From the NCBI RefSeq assembly GCF_036321535.1, contig NC_087447.1, positions 47,804,001 to 47,868,000 of the forward strand: a stretch of 64,000 nt of DNA, read 5' to 3'. Origin of the DNA: Camelus dromedarius. Its lineage: Eukaryota. Under the pieces are notes generated by a model, which was not told where the DNA came from, searched no databases, and was given only the letters and a program-made list of their open reading frames with translations. The translations under genes and the position numbers were made by a program. Shown here one piece after another: positions 25,372 through 37,890 of the stretch; position 1 is the first letter of the stretch, and every line of letters begins with the position of its first letter.

Positions 25372-25927
25372 TGTTACCCAAAAACAGTGTTCGCCTCTTG
25401 GTGGGTGTGGAGCCAAAAATACAACCAAGCCAAAGAGTGGGAGAAGGAAGGATTTATTACTTGCAGTGGTTAAGGAGAACACCGGAAATTTTTCCCAAAG
25501 CCGTTTCTCCCTGAACAGCAAACTTGGGGAAGTTTTCAGCTAAGGGTACATACATATTCATGAAGGTGTTTGAGCAGAGAATTCAGCATAGAATTGGGGT
25601 AAATGTTGACAAAGTCCAAGCTTTAGTTGATTGAAGTTTCTAGGATCAGAAAATGTCAACATCATCATTCCTTAGGTTCCAGTTGATCTGGTGGTTGAGC
25701 GCTTCAGGCTAATCTTTACCATCGAAATAGAACTGGGAGTCTTTTCAACTGATTTATTATTTGCTATTGCTACTTGTCTTGCCCTTAAGATCATTAATTG
25801 CTGAGACCTGTTCAAGGGCAAGCATTGTGGTCAGGCTTACATGCTAGGCCTAAAATGACTTCTCTTATGTCAAGAAAGCCATGCCTGATTCTCTTTCTCC
25901 AGGGACTCCCTCCCCTATCTGTTTACA
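25372..25927 (-). mobile_element. Solo LTR, ERV1-class, 556 bp, antisense in P2RY2 intron 1
   Basis: TG...CA termini flanked by a perfect 4-bp TSD GTCA (25368-25371 and 25928-25931). A minus-strand AATAAA (tttatt ~25453) lies near the element's 3' end. Confidence 0.85.
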
Positions 25928-27705
25928 GTCAGGGGCACAGCTCCTAAAGTCAGACAGATCAAGGCTGCTCTGCCATTTGCTAGCCTTGTGACCCTGGAGA
26001 GGTCACTTAGCCTCTCTGAGCTTCTCAGGATTAAATGAGAAGAGGTCGATGGAGACACCTAACATGGAACTTGGCACAGAGAAAGCCCTCAACTCTTGTG
26101 ATATAGCTGTTAGAAGATAGGGAGGGTGTCCTTGAGCAAAGATATGACCATGGGACTGCTTTTGCTGTGCTGGAGACAGAAAGATGAAGGTGGAGGCAAA
26201 GAGGGAGGGCAGTGTGGAGGGGTAGCGGGGACCAGATCAGCCAGGGCCAGGAGGGATAGGAGCGGAGGCAAGGAGACCAGTAAGTAGGCTGTGCAATGGT
26301 CTGGAGGAGAAACGCAGGCTGAGGCACCGGCGCGGGGGGGGGGGGGGGGGCGCGTCTGCATTGGTTACAATAACTGGGCTTGGTGAGTGATGATTTCACA
26401 TGAGTGGGAAAGGGATTGTCAAGGATATATTGGAGCTTTGAAGCCTGGAAAGATGGGTGGTTGAGGCTCTTTTCAGAAATGGGCGTGTGGCTTTGAGAGT
26501 GTCTTGTTCCACCTTAGGCTTTTGAGTGAAAGCAACTCCTAAGGAGGAGAAGATTGGGTGTGACCCTGGGTAGAACCTTGTCACTAGACTCTAGAGCAGA
26601 CTGGCAAATAGCTACTAGCCCACTGGTCCACGTCGGCCTGAGACTCCTGGGACAAGGTGCATTGGGAAATGGTGGTCCAGTCTTTCCCGATGCCCCTCCG
26701 CCACCCTATTCCTGCAGCCATCCATCTCCTCTCCCCACATTCCCCAATGCTTGCATTGTACTTTCAGCTTGGGGGCTGGCCTCAGCTTTCTCAGACCCCA
26801 CTCCCCTACTGTAGGGAAATGAAACCCGTAGATAAAGGAAGGGGATATTTTTTCCTCTGAGATTTGTCTGAGGTTCAGGTAGATGCTAGGACCAGCCCAC
26901 AAAGAGCAGTTCCTCCACCAGGTCACCATTCCCAACTGAAGCCCTGTGCCTGCTATGTGTGGTGGGCCCCCAGGCAAGATGGAAACCAAGGCCAGAATCC
27001 AGAAGACCTGGGTTCTGGTCTTGGTTCTGTCCCTGGCTTATTGTGGCCTCAGTTTCCTCCTCTGTCAAATAGGAGTTTGGCACAGGTGATTTCTAAAGGC
27101 ACTTCCAGACCCTGACTGTCTAAGACTGTGTGTACGAGAGAGTGTCTGTATTGTGTATCTGAGTGTGACTACATATATCTCTGTGTGTCTGGGTGTGTCC
27201 ACGCCTATGTGTGTCCATGTGTGTTTACAACACCTATGGAGGAATGATTAGAGGTGGGATCAGGGAACAGGGGTACTCCAGATGGAGACCCAGCCTGAGC
27301 AAAACTGTGCTGGCCAAAAATACTGCTGAGTGTATATTCGACAAGGACTCTTTCCTGCCGTGGGGCTGAAGCACAGACCAGGACCAAGGGAGAGGGCACA
27401 GGAGGCTCAGCTCAGCTCTGCAGGGTGTCGGGGGAAACTTCCCTGGCAGAACGACCCTCCTGTAAAAGAGGGTGCCGGGAGATCTAGGCTGGGAACAACC
27501 ATCCCTGGAACATGTGAGCTGAGGGTGGACGGCTAGTGGGTGTGGTTGGGGAAAGGGCACTCCTGCCTACTGAGATGAGTACACTAGGTCACCTCTCTGC
27601 CTCTTTCAGGCCAAGCTTGGAGCAAATGAGGCAGCCTGTAGAGGGCTCAGCCTGACTGACTTCCTGTGACCCAGAGCCCATGCTGTCTCCACCTCCCTGT
27701 CTTAG

Positions 27706-27884
27706 GAGCCCACGGCACTGCCTGCTCTGAGAAATGCTGGAAGCTGGGCGAGGCCCAGGCCGGGGGACCTGTTTTTCTTGTTTCCCACAGAGTTCCCTGC
27801 AGCCCTGTCCTGGCGTGTGCATTCATGAGTGAGGAACCTGAGCCAACGCTGAGCATCCCAACAGTGAGAGCAGGGGCTGGTCAG
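27706..27884 (+). other. P2RY2: P2RY2 non-coding exon 2, with an alternative internal acceptor at 27791
   Basis: Acceptor ctccctgtcttAG|GAGCCC and donor CAG|GTATGA (GT 27885). The sequence ...TGTGCATTCATGAGTGAGGAACC...GAGAGCAGGGGCTGGTCAG matches the recalled human P2RY2 5' UTR just before GGCGATG. A second acceptor, gtttttcttgtttcccacAG, ends at 27790. Confidence 0.85.
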
Positions 27885-30800
27885 GTATGAGTGTATGAGG
27901 AAGGGGTCCACTGGCTGGGAGGCTGGGGCAGGCACATTGACACATGTGTATATGCTGAACTGGGGGTAGATCAAGGGGATCCATGCCCTTCTCATCCCAG
28001 GCTGTGATGAATTCTAGTTTCCAAGCCAGACAGTCCTGGGTGCCAAGCCCAGTTTTTCCAATTCTCAACAGTGTGATCTTGAACAAATAGCTTAACCGCT
28101 ATGGCAGTATCTGCCAAGGAGTGAGGAGAGGGATGAAATGATCATGCTGCAGAGTAGCTGCCCAGCCCAGGCTTGGCCCCTACAAAGTGAAGGGTGGTGG
28201 TGGTCCAGGATCAGGAGCTCCTGATCCAAACTGACCCACAACCTGAGCCAGAGATGGGTGAGACAAAGCAATGTGGCTCAGACAGATGACCCGGCTTCAG
28301 AATGCTCGGGTCCAGTTCCCCTCCCTCTGGCATTTCCCTGATCTGTCCAGAGAAGGGCAGGGCTCTTGAAAGAGAGATGGTCCAGGGCCTGCTTAGGGAA
28401 GGAGCAGACCTCAGGCCAGCTGGACCCCTGGAGGGCTGGTGTGATCCTTGGTCACCTAGGGTCAGCAAATGAGGAAACTTTAAACATCATTGTTCTCCAA
28501 AAGGCCATCAGAGAAATAAGGGAAGGAGAACCTTTATCATAAAGCTCAGCCTCCTCTGGGCTCCCATAGCCTCTTGTGCTTGCTTCATTCACTCATTCAT
28601 TCATTCTCTCACTCACATCACACCTGCTTTGGCTCAGGCCTCTTGCTGGATGATAGGGACAGGGAAGGGAATTAGATGGACCTAGTCCTCTAGGAGCACC
28701 TGGAATGTGTTGGGGTAGAGGGGTGGAAGGACAATGGAATGCCCTGGGAGGTTAGGCTGGAGGAGGGGAGCTCCAGAGATGAGATGACATTTGAGAAGAG
28801 CCTTGAGGGATGGGCAGGATGGAGTGCAGTGTGGGTTGGTCTGGAAAGGCTTTCCAGACTGAAAGAACAAAGGCTGGGAAGCCTGTCAGGGCACTTGCAT
28901 GGCTCACATCTCCCTCCAGATGAGGAGCTCTTCAGGGCAGGGCCAGCCAGAACCAGGCACAAGGGGCTGGTGAGTGGAGTTGGATAAAGTTTGGTGGGAG
29001 CTGGTCTCTGGGGAGTTAAGGATGAGGCCCCAAGGACATCTAGGGTCAGGAGAGGCAGTGGAGAGGGCCGAGGAAAAGGGACGGGGACTTGGCTGTCTCT
29101 ATAAGCAAGAGCCAGAGGTTTGAGGGGGAAGTCAGGAAAGATGTACTCACAAGTTGGTGGGCCAGCCTGTGGAGAAAGAGGGCCGGTAGGGTCAGTCTGG
29201 CTGGGGGCCACGGTAATAGAGTCCCCAGCTGGCCTGGGAAGGTGGAGGCCAGGATGTCTTAAAACAGGTAGAAAGGGCAGCTCCCTTGGTTCATGAGAGA
29301 TTTAGGGGAGTTTCCACCCTTCTCAGCAGTGTCAGAGATTCTACCATGAGTTAGTAATTAGCTAGAAACTCTTTGTGTAGAGCAATGAGATGTTGACTAT
29401 GAAAGGAAGATGAGGGCCCTGACCCTGACTCTGAGAAGAGATCCTCCAGGCCTCAGCCCCAGGGCCTGAGCAGAGCCGGGGTGTGGAGCCGGGACTGGGT
29501 GTGTGTGCCCTGAGCATGGAGTATGAAGGGGGCCACCCTCCCTGTCCCCAGTGGGGCAGAGCACCCTGTGGGGTAAGTTTTAGGGCCACAGTTCTACAAG
29601 GCTAGGGGATTCAGCCCATGAGAGGTCTGAGCCTCCGGAGGCAGGAAATACCTGATGTCACTTGGGGCTCTGCTGCAGAGCTGGGTACCCCAAGCCCATG
29701 TCCCCAGGGGGAAGGTTGCCACTCCCTGACCCCAAACAGCTCCTCAGTCTCACACCTGGGCCTCCTGCAGCTTCTGTGAGCCAACAACTCTGCCCACCTC
29801 CCAAAGTGCCAGACCTGATGGTCCCAGCCTTACCCCATCCCTACATGCCACAACATCCCTTCTGGGCACCCCACACTTACCTTTTCTGACAGTGAATTCC
29901 CCCTCTCTCCCACCTGCTCCCTCCCCTCTTCCCGACCCCTGAGCCTGAGGCATCCCGGCCCCTCCTCCACCCAGACTCACTCTGGGCCAGTCTCTCCAGC
30001 CTCCTTCCTAAACAGCTCTCAGATCTCTCCCCTCAGGAGGTCCCCAGGCCTGGCCCCAGCTTGGGCCTTGGTGTTACTCCCCTGGCCCACCACACACACC
30101 GACTCCACAGCCTCCAGCGAGGACCTCTGTCACTCCTCCACCAAAGCCCTGAGAGAGCATCCCAAAGATTTCAGGAAAAGGCTGTGTCTGAGCAGAACCT
30201 TGAAGCACATAGCACTAGAATGTACCTACATGTGTGGCAGGCACAACTCCAAACATTTTACACAAATTCCTCCCTATTAATAGTAGGTTCTATTAATCAC
30301 CTCATTTTTGCATCTGAAGGAACAAAGGTAGTCTGGCTCCAGAAGCCAGGTTCTTCTGAATCACTGGAGTTGGCTGCACTGAACGATAAAGAGTTATAAT
30401 TTCAAAAGGTGAAGAGATGAGGGTCTTGAATGGATTCCAGGTTGAAGGAGCAACATGAACTAAGGCTGGGAGAGGAAATGTGCTGGATGCATTCAGGGAA
30501 CTTGCAGGTCACAAGGAGTGGGGCTGGTGACAGAGGCTGGATTATGAAAACCTCTGGTACCAGACGGAGGAACTGGGTTTTTTCCTGAGAGCAGACAAGA
30601 ACCACAGAGGGTTTCAAGCAGGGGAATGAATTTGTCTTTTCCAAAGACCCCTCTGGACTGGGGGGCCTGAGGCTGGAGACAGGGAGGCTGATGCAGTGAC
30701 TCCAGCAGCAAGGACAGTGACAACACTGGGGAGCAGGGAGCAGGGAGCAGGGGCCAGATGCAGGAAATGCTTTAATGGTGAGTCCTGAGTCCTCTGGATC

Positions 30801-32324
30801 CAGGCGAGAGGGGTCCCAGCAGCTTGGTCCTGCCAGAGTTACCCCCTTACCTGCATCCTCACCCTGGATCTGACCTGGCTTCTTGGGGAGGAACCTGTAT
30901 CCATGGGAGGGAGTTCACAGGTACAGGCTCCCTGCCTCCTGGTTGCATTTTTGCTGACAGCAGGAGCTAGGGAAGTCCCCCTAATCTCAATCTCATGGAC
31001 TCTGAGCTACTTCTGGGAGGCCAGGCTGGGTGGGAAGCTCAGAATCTAAGGGAGTGGATGTCACAGGCCCCTCAGAATCCGAGTCCCAGCCTCTCAGGAC
31101 CCCAGGTTCCAAAATGAAGGGGATTGTACAGCCCTAGATTTTCAGGATAAGGAGGACTCACACGTCATCTGCCCTCTCTGTCCTCCCAGACACACCCCTG
31201 CACACAGGGCACGAGCCCTTTGCAGACTTTGCTGGAGAGCTGTATACACACCCCAATAAGCAGGGAGTTCACCACGTCCTCCTACAGCGCCTTCTATTGT
31301 GGGATGGACCTAGACAGGAATTGCAACCCATCCCCAGCTCATGACCTGGGCCAAATTACTTGAATGATCTGTATCTCAACTTCCTTATCAGAAATCTGGG
31401 TAAATAGCCTGGCTTCCAGAAGCATGTTGTAAGGATGGAATGAAGTAACATTGATACAGCACACATAGTAGTGGGGTTTGAAAAATGTCAGCTCCCTCTG
31501 CCCCTTCACACTGTTAGAAAGTTATTCTTTGTATTTGTCCCAAACCTGCCCATCTGGGACTCCCACTATGATTTCCAGCCTGCTTTCTGGGACCTTTGGG
31601 CAAATCTTTGCCCTCCAGACTGCGATATCTGCCCCCTGCCTCTCAGCTGAAAGAGAGCCTTAAGTGGTGATGTTGTAGGGGGTGGGGAGAGGAGGAAGGT
31701 GATGTCCTGACTCCAGGTGCTCACTCTCTGGGCAGTCAGGCCCTTTGGGTGTGTTACATGCCCACCACTGACAAGTTCGGAGAAGGTCAAGGTAGTGATG
31801 ATGTGTGAAGAAGCTGGGCGGGCCTGGAGGAGGCTGAATTTGCCCCACAGCAGAAGTTCCCCTCCGCCCTTACTCCCACCTCCACCCTAGACTTACCTGG
31901 AATCTTCAGGAAGGTCACTATCCCATCTGGTAGCCTCATAGGCCAGGGAGCAGGACTTCTGTTCACAGATGCAGAAAGTGCCAGAAAATAGGAGTGCCTA
32001 AAAAATATTTGCTGAGAGGTGAATGAATGACTGACGAGGGAGACCCCTGGAAATACTCCTTCAAATACCAAAATACCAGGCACAGAGCCGGAGCCTCCCA
32101 GAGATTGGAAAGATGAGCCAAAAGAAAGAACTTCCTAATGCCTCCAGGGAGGTATGGGCTGCCCACTGGCCAGAAACAGGCAATGAGCACTGGGTGTGAG
32201 GTGGACCCAGTCAGCCTTGAAAGCCCCTTTGCATGAATCTGAGATGGTTCCCCTCTGAGAGCCCCAGATCCTCGGATTCTAGAGCTCACAGTCATAGTCT
32301 AGAACTCTGTCCTTGAGAGTCTCA

Positions 32325-32510
32325 AAGAGTCGCCAAACTTTCTAAAGGCCAGATGGTAAGTGTTTTAGGCTTGGAGGAACATATGGTCTTTGTCATAACT
32401 ACTAACACTACATAAACAGATGGGCATGGCTGTGTTCCAATAAAGCTTTATTTACAAAAACAGACTGGTGAGCTGGATTTGGCCCTCAGCAGGTAGTTTG
32501 CCCACCTCTG
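32325..32510. mobile_element. MER58A-like hAT-Charlie MITE
   Basis: AAACTTTCTAAAGGCCAGATGGTAAGTGTTTTAGGCTT...GGCTGTGTTCCAATAAAGCTTTATTTACAAAAACAG...GGATTTGGCCC...TAGTTTGCCCACCTCTG. Confidence 0.85.
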
Positions 32511-32781
32511 TTCTAAAATGTGAGAATTATATGATCCTGACATTCATGGATCTCATGCATTCTTAAGGTTCCAGGGTTCTGATGTCCTGGGTCCAGGGAG
32601 AGAGGCAGGTCAGATGGAGCAGACGCCTTGAATGCAGTTTGGGCAGATCTTAACCAAGGGAGTCTATGGGCACCTGGTGTCCCTCATGGCCCTGTTCAGG
32701 TGGGTGTGTCAGGTGTTCCTGCTGGGCCCCGGCCATGACCCTGATGGCTGTTCTCCCTGCCACCCCCTTCCCTTCAGGGCG

Positions 32782-33912
32782 ATGGCCACAGGCCTGGGCC
32801 TCTGGAATGACACCATCAATGGCACCTGGGATGGGGATGAGCTGGGCTACAAGTGCCGCTTCAATGAGAACTTCAAGTACGTGCTGCTGCCTGTGTCCTA
32901 TGGCCTGGTGTGCGTATTTGGGCTGTGTCTGAACTCCGCGGCGCTCTACATCTTCCTGTGCCGCCTCAAGACCTGGAACGCCTCCACCACATACATGTTC
33001 CACCTGGCTGTGTCGGATATGCTGTATGCGGCCTCCCTGCCCCTGCTGGTCTATTACTACGCCCGCGGAGACCACTGGCCCTTCAGCACGGTGCTCTGCA
33101 AGCTGGTGCGCTTCCTCTTCTACACCAACCTCTACTGCAGCATCCTCTTCCTCACCTGCATCAGCGTGCACCGCTGCCTGGGCATCTTGCGTCCACTGCA
33201 CTCGCTGCGCTGGGGCCGGGCCAGCTATGCCCGCCGGGTAGCAGCTGCCGTGTGGGTCCTGGTGCTGACCTGCCAGGCCCCAGTGCTGTACTTTGTCACC
33301 ACCAGTGCACGTGGCGGCCGCGTTACCTGCCACGACACTTCAGCACCCCAACTCTTCAGCCACTTCGTGGCCTACAGCTCCGTCATGCTGAGCCTGCTCT
33401 TTGTGGTGCCCTTTGCTGTCATCCTCGTTTGTTATGTGCTCATGGCTCGGCGGCTGCTGAAGCCAGCCTATGGGACCATGGGAGGCTTGCCACGGGCCAA
33501 ACGCAAGTCAGTGCGCACCATCGCCGTGGTGCTGGCTGTCTTCGTCCTCTGCTTCCTGCCTTTCCATGTCACCCGCACCCTCTACTACTCCTTCCGCACG
33601 CTGGACCTCAGCTGCCACACCCTCAACGCCATCAATATGGCTTACAAGATCACCCGGCCTCTGGCCAGTGCCAACAGTTGCCTGGACCCTGTGCTCTACT
33701 TCCTGGCTGGGCAGAGGCTTGTGCGCTTTGCCCGGGACGCCAAGCCACCCACAGACCCCATTCCTCCCATCCAGGTTCGCCGCAGGCTGGGTCTGCGCAG
33801 GTCCGACAGAACTGACACTAAGAGGACAGGAGACTTGGCCAGGAGTGAGGACTCTAGGCAGACAGAGTCCACACCAGCCGGTGGTGAAAATACTAAGGAC
33901 ATCCAGCTGTAG
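32782..33912 (+). CDS. P2RY2: P2Y purinoceptor 2 (ATP/UTP-activated class A GPCR), 376 aa, single coding exon
   Basis: Translation [41 protein letters not shown]...[42 protein letters not shown]...[24 protein letters not shown]...ENTKDIQL matches P2Y2 as recalled. It has seven hydrophobic segments, HRC in place of DRY, DPxxY, and RGD in ECL1. The true ATG is at 32782, 4 nt after the acceptor ccccttcccttcAG (AG 32776-32777). The first 50 codons of the track ORF are intronic. Confidence 0.98.
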   Translation: MATGLGLWNDTINGTWDGDELGYKCRFNENFKYVLLPVSYGLVCVFGLCLNSAALYIFLCRLKTWNASTTYMFHLAVSDMLYAASLPLLVYYYARGDHWPFSTVLCKLVRFLFYTNLYCSILFLTCISVHRCLGILRPLHSLRWGRASYARRVAAAVWVLVLTCQAPVLYFVTTSARGGRVTCHDTSAPQLFSHFVAYSSVMLSLLFVVPFAVILVCYVLMARRLLKPAYGTMGGLPRAKRKSVRTIAVVLAVFVLCFLPFHVTRTLYYSFRTLDLSCHTLNAINMAYKITRPLASANSCLDPVLYFLAGQRLVRFARDAKPPTDPIPPIQVRRRLGLRRSDRTDTKRTGDLARSEDSRQTESTPAGGENTKDIQL

Positions 33913-34837
33913 GACCTGAACCCTTCAGACCTGCACAAATTTATACTGGGGTGTAGGAACTAAGACTTATTCAAAGGGGACAGTCTCCCCAGATATGGAC
34001 CATCAGTGACTCAGGCCGGAAGGTCAAGGGAGCCACAAGTCCAGTGCTGTGTCATTTGGCATGGGCTCGGTTTGTTCTTTGTGGTCCAGGGAGCTCAAAA
34101 GTCCCCACAGTGCCAGGCACCATTTGTATGTGTGAACTGGGGAATAAGGTTTTAAGAAAGGCAAGGGTTCAGGGCCAGTGCTGCCCCTGGTCTGACTCCC
34201 ACATAAATACCTGGCTGTGCCTGCCAAGGTACCTAGGCTGGAGCCCAGGCAATCAAGCCAAGTAGAGAAACAGGCCCAGGGAGGCAAGTAACTTACCGAG
34301 GTCACTCAGCCAAGCCTGAGCCTCAGCTCTCTGGGAGGCGTGGGGCCACACGTTGACCAGAGGACCCTGGTAAGGAGTCAGGGCTGAGCAAGAGGTTCCC
34401 ACAGTGGGTCAAGGTGGTCTGAGTGCCACCATGGTCTCAGGTCTGCGGAGTCCCCCAGCCCAAGGGCTGAATGTTTGGGAATTTATGTCATAAACCCATC
34501 TGGAGGCTGGGAGCTAATCTGAGACTATGACTTCTACTAAAGTTGTTATCACATGCTGAGCCAGGCCCTGTTGTGTAGTTGGAGGACGGGGATACAGCCT
34601 GGGAAACTCTTGCCATCCACACCAGTGTCCTTTCTCCAACCTGTTCTCTTCTGCCACCTGCCTTCCCACTTAGGGGCCTCAGTGGTGGTTCACATCGGGA
34701 CTATCCTCTCCAGACCCCAGGTCATCCTCCACTTTAAAGTTAACTGGCTTTTGTACCTGGCTCTGCTGGGTGCAGAGAGGAATCAGATAGGGTTACAAGA
34801 TCAAGATCCCCCAGTTTAGGATTTAAAGGAGGCAACC

Positions 34838-35049
34838 AATCATGTGCTGATAAATGTTAAACCATTTAACTAACTCTTCAGGTGAGTAACGAGAACCCCT
34901 TATTTGTAGCATTGCCAATTGCCATGGTACAAATACTCCTACCATGGCCGGTTTCAGACTACCAATGTGATGTCAACCTCCTTGCAAAATTCCTGAAAAT
35001 TTAACAATTGGCTCTTGTAAGCAGCTACAATTTCTCCAGCACACCACTG
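34838..35049 (-). mobile_element. MER63-like hAT element
   Basis: AAATACTCCTACCATGGCCG...CCTGAAAATTTAACAATTGGCTCT...CCAGCACACCACTG terminus. Confidence 0.75.
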
Positions 35050-36566
35050 GATAATGCTGAATGGCTGAGGCTGTGGACCAGGGCATCAGGGAAGGCCTCC
35101 TGGAGTCAGGGGGTGTCTGAGGAAAGCACTTCATCAGAGAAGAACATCCAGGTACAGGGTGCATTAAGGCAAAGATGTAGGGGCAGGAGAGCAGGGTGTG
35201 CAAGAATTGGAAGCCAGCTGGGCAGCTGGCACCCAGGTTCAAGGCTGGAATGAGGCTGGGGTTGGGTCACAAGGAGGCCAAGTCAGGGCTCCCTTCTTGT
35301 CCTGAGCATGAGGTTTCCTTTGCACTGGGGATGAGTGTGGGAGGGAGACACTCCCCTTCCTGTCCAGCCCTTTGTCTCCTGGGAAAACCTAACTACATGG
35401 CATATGGTTAGTGCTCAGGGTGGGTCAGGGCTTAGTGTAGGGGAGATGAGTCTCACCTGGAACAGGTTCTGGGTCCAGCCAGAACCACTCTGCAGACTGG
35501 TGGAGTTCATCTGGACAGGGCCCAGCCCTAGCCTTTGGGCAGGAATAGGGCAAAGCTGAGAGACCTCATTCTTAAGCTCAAGAATAAGGACTCACTTTCT
35601 CCCCCTCTGGGAGAGCCCTTGCCTTATGGGCCCACTCTGCCTGAGAGAAGGTCCTTCTTTCCCCACCCCACCTCCACCTACCTCCTATGACTTCTCCACC
35701 CTTCTGCTCTGCCTGGCCCAAACGGCTCCCCCAGAGGTTGCTCTACTGAGAGTCTAGCTCCAGAGCGCCCCCATGTGACAGGGACCTGTCACAAGCCATG
35801 ACCCAAAGGATTACTCTGCATTGTGCAATGTGGGTGACTTGCCTGAAGTAGTTGTGAAATGCTCACCCCCCACATTCTAGGTTCTATACTTCTGATAACA
35901 TAGCCAGGGTCTACATTAGTGTTAGTATTTTTGTGATGATATCTTATAGTCTGTCCTTGAACCTTTCTTGCAGGCCTGAGCCTATCTTTCCTACTAGCTA
36001 CTGCTCAGGTTGAACCCCATCCCAGTTTATAAGGAGCCTCTACCCAGATAAGATCCTCTGCTGGCCAGGAGTGTAATGCTGAGCTCTGACACCCTCAGCC
36101 CTGCTCAGACCCGGAGGCAGAGAGCTATACATCATGACTTTTGGGGCTCTTGATTGTGCATCTGTGTTTGGGGATGGGGCTGTGTCCACCATGGGCCCAA
36201 GTTCTCTAGTCCCATTCCTTTCAGAAGGGGTACCTCCAGAAGCTGCCCTGAAGACCCCAAGAACTGAGGGCCACAACACATGGAGACCAAACCATGGCCT
36301 AGCACCAGGAAGTCTCCCTTGAACCAGCAGCCTGAGATTTCTAAGGACACAGGACCTAGGGGACAGGAGGGGCTTACTCGCCATCTAATCCTGTGGCAGG
36401 CACTAGTAGGGTGGGGAACAGAGACCTAAGAGAAACACGGACAGGCCCAGGGCCCCTCTGGACCCCAATCAAACTGCCTGGCCCTTCGGTATGGACATCT
36501 GGCCTTAGTGCTCAGTGCCTGGGCCACCAACCTGGTGGGTGAGTTTCCTGACCCTGCTGCCTGGTA

Positions 36567-36920
36567 CTATTTTCAGCCCAAGTAAGAGCAGGATTTTCCA
36601 CTCCTCCCAGCCCCAGACCATTGTCCAGCAGTGACGTGGAGGGACCTGCCTGCTCTCAAAATATCTCCTCTTACTCTCTGGGCCTCCCTGCCCTCTCCCC
36701 ACCTCCTCACCCTGACATCACTTCCTGGGGCTGTTGATTCCTGAAGGCCACTGTGAAAGGGCACAACCCCCTGACAGGGACTCCAGGGATTATTCAGCCC
36801 AGCTGCAGACTCAAGGCCAGAGAGGGGCGGGGCCTTGCCCAAGGTCACTCAGCAGGTCAGCATGGTGCCTGGATGTACGCCAGGGGCTCAGGCTGCCCCA
36901 GCTGCTCTGTTCCCTTTAGT
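36567..36920 (+). repeat. Copy 1 of an old local direct duplication
   Basis: Collinear similarity to 39101-39500; see findings. Confidence 0.85.
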
Positions 36921-37379
36921 GCAGGTTAGTGCCTTTGTGGGAATCCTCCATCACCCACTCTGTCCCAGCTCTTCCCACTTTGTAGGAGGAGCTGGGGAGC
37001 TGAGGCCAGGAACCCAGGGGCCGGGATGGTAGGGAGAGCAGGATGGGAGGAGTAAATGCCTGCTGACTGGCTTACAGCACTGGTCTCAGTGAGGTCTGTG
37101 CAACAAGGGCAGGGGCCCTGGCTCATAGGGTTCTCTGCTTGAGTGGCAATTATCCCTGGGCCCAAGAGGGAGGGGGGATCCCACAGACATTCCCACTCTT
37201 ACTCTCCAAGGTTCAGAAAGGCCCTGGCCAACATGTCCTCTAGACACAGTTACTCGAGTCTTAGACCAGGTCAAGCCACCAAAGCTACCCCTCTGCCACC
37301 ACTCTTGTCATGGCAGATTTGGGCTGATCTGTTTAGAGTTAGGCACATGAGGAAGGGAGCTGAGGTACTGGCCCACATC

Positions 37380-37890
37380 CCAGGTACCATGCAGGGCCCT
37401 CTCACATCCATTATATTATTTATTCTTCACTGCTACTGTGTGAAATCAACATGATGCTCCCCATTTAGTAGATGAAGGGACAGGCTCTGAGAGTTAAGGA
37501 CTTGCTCCAGGTTATACAGGCAGTAAATGGGTGAGTTAAGATTGAATCCTGGTCCATCTGATGCCCAGATTAGCTCCCTTTCCAGTATCTCATGCCTCTA
37601 GTAACCCCTGCAAGGCAGGAGAGTTTGTAAACGACCCTTCACATGATTCAAGATGAAAGGCCATCAGTGAGGTTGGGTTTAAGAGCACCAATTCTATGAC
37701 CAGACCACCTGTGTCTGAATGTTGCCTCCACTTCCCCCAGCTGTGGTATTTTAGGCACCTAATCTTGCAGCACCTCTATTTTCTCATTTCTAAAAGGAGA
37801 TACTACCTCCCATGTGGAGTACTAGGAGGCTGACCTGAATTAATACACATGAAGCACTTAGAACAGAGCCTGGCACATGATAAGCATTTA
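37380..37890. mobile_element. Two MIR copies in opposite orientation
   Basis: CCCATTT...GATGA...AGGCTCTGAGAG.TTAAG.ACTTGC.CCAGGT, then ...TTCTCATTTCTAAAAGG...AAGCACTTAGAACAGAGCCTGGCACAT. Confidence 0.7.

Noticed and set aside
32632..32781. 50-codon in-frame N-terminal extension of P2RY2 in the ORF track
   Set aside because: It lies upstream of the canonical acceptor at 32777, so it is intronic. The known P2Y2 N-terminus begins at 32782.
32650..33333. 227-aa antisense ORF over P2RY2
   Set aside because: Antisense shadow caused by codon bias, with no independent evidence.
32910..33815. 301-aa alternative-frame ORF inside P2RY2
   Set aside because: It has a GTG start and no internal Met. It is the expected stop-poor shadow of a high-GC3 coding exon.
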